This document shows positions 60,891 to 64,000 of a stretch of DNA of 64,000 nucleotides, one piece after another. Origin of the DNA: a virus (lineage: Duplodnaviria; Caudoviricetes); IMG/VR virus record IMGVR_UViG_3300033121_001553, positions 64,001-128,000 of that record, one strand, 5' to 3'. The notes beneath the pieces are model-generated. The model did no database searches. It worked only from the letters and a program-made list of their open reading frames with translations, and had not been told where the DNA came from. The first letter of the stretch is position 1; each line of letters begins with the position of its first letter. A program made the position numbers and the translations under genes.

Positions 60891-63115
60891 ATGTCAACCT
60901 GCGTTGTTATCTTTTTTCCGCTGCTGTAGTCAAGATAGAATGGTTTTACGCTGTATGTCATTGCACCGTCGTCTTCAGCATCAATGACGTAAACGTATTT
61001 TGATGTTCCGTACCCAGTAAGAACACGTGCGTGAGAAATTCCTATTACTTCATATGTTCCATCGTCATCGCACAGTCTTTCAAGAACGCATGAGTCAATG
61101 TCTGACGGTGACTTATCGTATCCCCACTCGAACATAAGCGTTGAGCTTGTGAGTCTTTTGACTGAGAAGTTTTTTAGACTTGTTCTCTGTTCTGCGAAGT
61201 CGACAGCAACTGACGCATAGACTCCTATCTTTCCAAACGCGAATTGCGAACCAACATATTTTTGTTTTTGCGTTTCTGGTGTGCTTATAACGCCAGCTTT
61301 TAGAGCCGTCGGATGCTTGAATTTGCTAATCGGAAATGTATATTGCTTACCTGTAGTCAAATCAGTCTTTTGAACTCTAAGATTTTCTACCATGGTTTCT
61401 GTATCACGTAGCATTGGTCTTACAGTATAGACGTACCTTACACCATTTGCTAGTCTTTGCGCGCCAGATGAGTCAGCGGCTGCTTTATCGCTGTACGTTC
61501 CAGCAGGAAAAATTCCCATGCTCTCTCTTTGACCGGTTGAAAGATTATGTCTTTCAACATCATAAACTATAACGGAACGCAATTTTTCACGGTTTGTAAG
61601 AAATTCATCACCGAAATATTTTTCTATATCGTATGACTTCAACGCAGCTCTAAATTTATCGTAGTCAGAATCTTCAAACGCAAATGAGATGCCGAACGTG
61701 ACTTCCGGGCTTCCATTTACGATCGATGTTTGCTGATTTTCAATCAAAACGCGCCCTATCTTTTTTGCATCGTCAAAATACTGAATTATTTCATTACCGA
61801 CGATCATGCTATTTCCGTACGTGTCATACGCTCTTAGCACATATTCGTATATGTGACCATTTTTCATTGACGTATCGACAACGTCAAGAGAAGCTACACG
61901 TGATGTTGTTGGTAGCTGTATGATTGAATTTTGTCTTGTTTTCGGAAAGCTAAATGACTCTACGATATCTCCAACTGCTACACGATCAGTTGTTTTCTCA
62001 TTCAACGTAAGATCACGTTTAAGAACCTGATATGACATAAATTCTTTCGACAGCTTCTCAACATTGATCTTCATGCCAAGATCTGTTTGAAATGCTCTTA
62101 TAACAACGTGCGAATCATGAAAATTTTTATTCTTGCCTGGTACGATAACTGATGTGTATTGACCACAAGAATTTTTCATTGAGTCTATTGCGACAATTTG
62201 AAAATGAGTTTCTCTATCTTCTGCAACAGATATCTTCGTTGTGATATCATCAGAAAAAAATAGCAGTTCAGACACAAGAGAATACTGCTCATTATTTCCA
62301 CGTTTGTAGATACGTACGCCCGTTGTATTCCTATCGCCACGTGTTATGTACAGTTTTGCTTGTCCGCATCCTATGCGGACAACTTTTGCTGCTGGTCTCG
62401 ATGTACGTTCAATAAACGCTGTTTTAGCGGATAGTATGTCAACGCTCTTTGTGATACTCTGTATCTTTTTTTCATTTGCATCACGTAGCGTAAATGTTAC
62501 AACAAGCTGATCTACCCTGTCAACAGAATTTGTTGTGAAAAAATACTCTGTTGGAAGATTTACTTTAACATCTCTCTTTATCGTATTGCTTTTTTCAACT
62601 CTGTCAAAAATTTTTGGTTTGATCAGCTGTTGTTTGTCTGTTACGATATTCTTTACGTCAGATAGCTTTTTCAACTTTACAGCTGATCTAACAGATGATT
62701 CTTCTGACGTTACTGTTTTTGTTAGACTGAAGTTTCTTACTGGTAGATGCGTGATCTTTGATCCAGTCGACTGACTGGATTTCATCTTTGAACGTGCTAT
62801 GTCTAGCAACGACACACGAGCGTCTGCAAGCGATGTAAGCTGATTTACAGTTTCTTGCTTGAAAGACGCAAATCCCTTTACGATGCTTGACGCATTCGTA
62901 ATCTGCGGTTTAAGTTGCTGTTTTGCTGCTTTTTGCGAGTCAATCTTAGATATTTCTATGCTAACAGTTGACGCTCCATACGCAGACGTTACATTGGCAT
63001 CAACATAAAACGTGATATTCGCTACGACAGATGAATTATCGTAACGTATAAAGTCAAAAAAATATTCTTCAACAGATACAGCTGGTATATCAAGTTTCTG
63101 TACTCTTGTAAGCAT
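60887..63115 (-). CDS. Putative virion protein with FN3-like repeats
   Basis: VDTSMKNGHIYEYVLRAYD, NGVRYVYTVRP, MTYSVKP. Start ATG 63115 or TTG 63118. Confidence 0.6.
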   Translation of the reverse strand: MLTRVQKLDIPAVSVEEYFFDFIRYDNSSVVANITFYVDANVTSAYGASTVSIEISKIDSQKAAKQQLKPQITNASSIVKGFASFKQETVNQLTSLADARVSLLDIARSKMKSSQSTGSKITHLPVRNFSLTKTVTSEESSVRSAVKLKKLSDVKNIVTDKQQLIKPKIFDRVEKSNTIKRDVKVNLPTEYFFTTNSVDRVDQLVVTFTLRDANEKKIQSITKSVDILSAKTAFIERTSRPAAKVVRIGCGQAKLYITRGDRNTTGVRIYKRGNNEQYSLVSELLFFSDDITTKISVAEDRETHFQIVAIDSMKNSCGQYTSVIVPGKNKNFHDSHVVIRAFQTDLGMKINVEKLSKEFMSYQVLKRDLTLNEKTTDRVAVGDIVESFSFPKTRQNSIIQLPTTSRVASLDVVDTSMKNGHIYEYVLRAYDTYGNSMIVGNEIIQYFDDAKKIGRVLIENQQTSIVNGSPEVTFGISFAFEDSDYDKFRAALKSYDIEKYFGDEFLTNREKLRSVIVYDVERHNLSTGQRESMGIFPAGTYSDKAAADSSGAQRLANGVRYVYTVRPMLRDTETMVENLRVQKTDLTTGKQYTFPISKFKHPTALKAGVISTPETQKQKYVGSQFAFGKIGVYASVAVDFAEQRTSLKNFSVKRLTSSTLMFEWGYDKSPSDIDSCVLERLCDDDGTYEVIGISHARVLTGYGTSKYVYVIDAEDDGAMTYSVKPFYLDYSSGKKITTQVDI

Positions 63116-63133
63116 CAACGTTAATAATCATTG

Positions 63134-63988
63134 TAACTCGAATTTGATGCTAAACAACTTACAGAAACACGTAACGTCACTTGAATTTACATACAATTTT
63201 CCAACAATGTACGTTGACTTAGCAACCCTATACGCACTAAGCTTTTTTATTTTACCACCAGACACTTCAAAAAATTGAAATAGCAAACGCTTTTTTTCAT
63301 CTTGGCTGAAGTATACTTTTTTTGTTGCAATGTCAGTACCATCAGTCATTAGCACATTTTTGTAAATTACACCTGTGCTTTTTTTTGTATCGCCATCTCT
63401 ATATGTCGGTGGAAGATAAGAAAAATTCACAAGTTTCGCAAAACGTTTATCTTCTATCAATGTAGGTAGATCGTCGATAGACATACCATCGTACTTTGAC
63501 TTTACGTCATCGTTGATCTTAAAAATCACTTTTTGATCAGATGTATTAAGATCATTTTCGCTTGAAAATTCATCATGCGTGTACAGCAGCTGAAGCTTTC
63601 TGAAAGCTTCAGCTGAAGATTCTACGATATCGCCTACAATCGCTCCGAACGCTGCAGATGATGTAACGGGTGAGTAGACGCCATCTGACCCTGATAGTAT
63701 CTCTCCGGACCTCACTGTGTACGAGTTAAGCGACTTGAATGGCTGCAAGCTTCCAAAGTCATCTGTCACGTATGTAATAAGATCGTGTGGTTGCGATGTC
63801 GACGCTTCAAGATGAGGATAAGTCGTAGTATCAACTGTTCCGCTTACAAGATCTTTAGCGTACACAACATCAGCATCACTAAACGTAACGTAAGCTAGCT
63901 CCATAAGCCCTGATGCCATCTGACGTCTTCCCTCGTCAGTAATAACGACATCCATCACTCTTGTCTTTGGATCTAGTATACCGCTCAC
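63134..63988 (-). CDS. Virion (baseplate-associated) protein, paralog of 54723-55439
   Basis: MSGILD...MDVVITDEGRRQMA...VTFSDADVVY. GTG start. Ends TTA CAA TGA. Confidence 0.65.
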
Positions 63989-64000
63989 GATGTTTCTCTT

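Noticed and set aside
1-64000. TTA avoidance as selection for an antisense ORF (TTA is the reverse complement of TAA)
   Set aside because: CTA and TCA, the complements of TAG and TGA, are common in frame, and the plus-strand ORFs are short and non-protein-like.
1-64000. TTA avoidance due to restriction-site avoidance, GC bias or Streptomyces bldA-type rarity
   Set aside because: TTA and TTAA are frequent in other frames, the DNA is AT-rich, and none of these explains TTA clustering at gene ends.
1-64000. CRISPR arrays, tRNA/rRNA genes, integrase or IS elements, phage-encoded release factor
   Set aside because: None recognisable. Intergenic gaps are mostly under 120 nt, with no cloverleaf or repeat-spacer pattern seen by eye.

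Overview
64 kb segment of a large T4-like (contractile-tailed) dsDNA phage genome. All 49 credible genes lie on the minus strand, and the short plus-strand ORFs are shadows. In transcription order (right to left) the modules are: baseplate/fibre-like virion proteins; gp4-like nuclease, RuvC, primase and a fused Mre11-Rad50 (SbcD-SbcC); terminase, portal, prohead protease, scaffold and major capsid protein; an inserted nuclease-methyltransferase; neck proteins, two ~1000-aa tail sheaths, tail tube, a frameshift-linked tail chaperone pair, tape measure and baseplate proteins; then a short PolA-family protein, gp32-like SSB, RecA, dUTPase, RNase H/FEN, helicase, a DNA methyltransferase and an intein-containing class II ribonucleotide reductase that runs off the left edge. 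Main discovery: the phage appears to use a non-standard genetic code in which TTA (normally Leu) is a STOP codon. TTA was absent from every gene body I read codon by codon, although the DNA is AT-rich. It occurs in frame at or just before the end of 15 of the 48 genes whose 3' end is in the window, including the junction where the standard code fuses scaffold to capsid. TAG ends only one gene, and that TAG is followed directly by TTA. CDS coordinates below use TTA as a stop, with the standard-code end noted in the evidence. Functional calls come from motif recognition and synteny, not from database searches.
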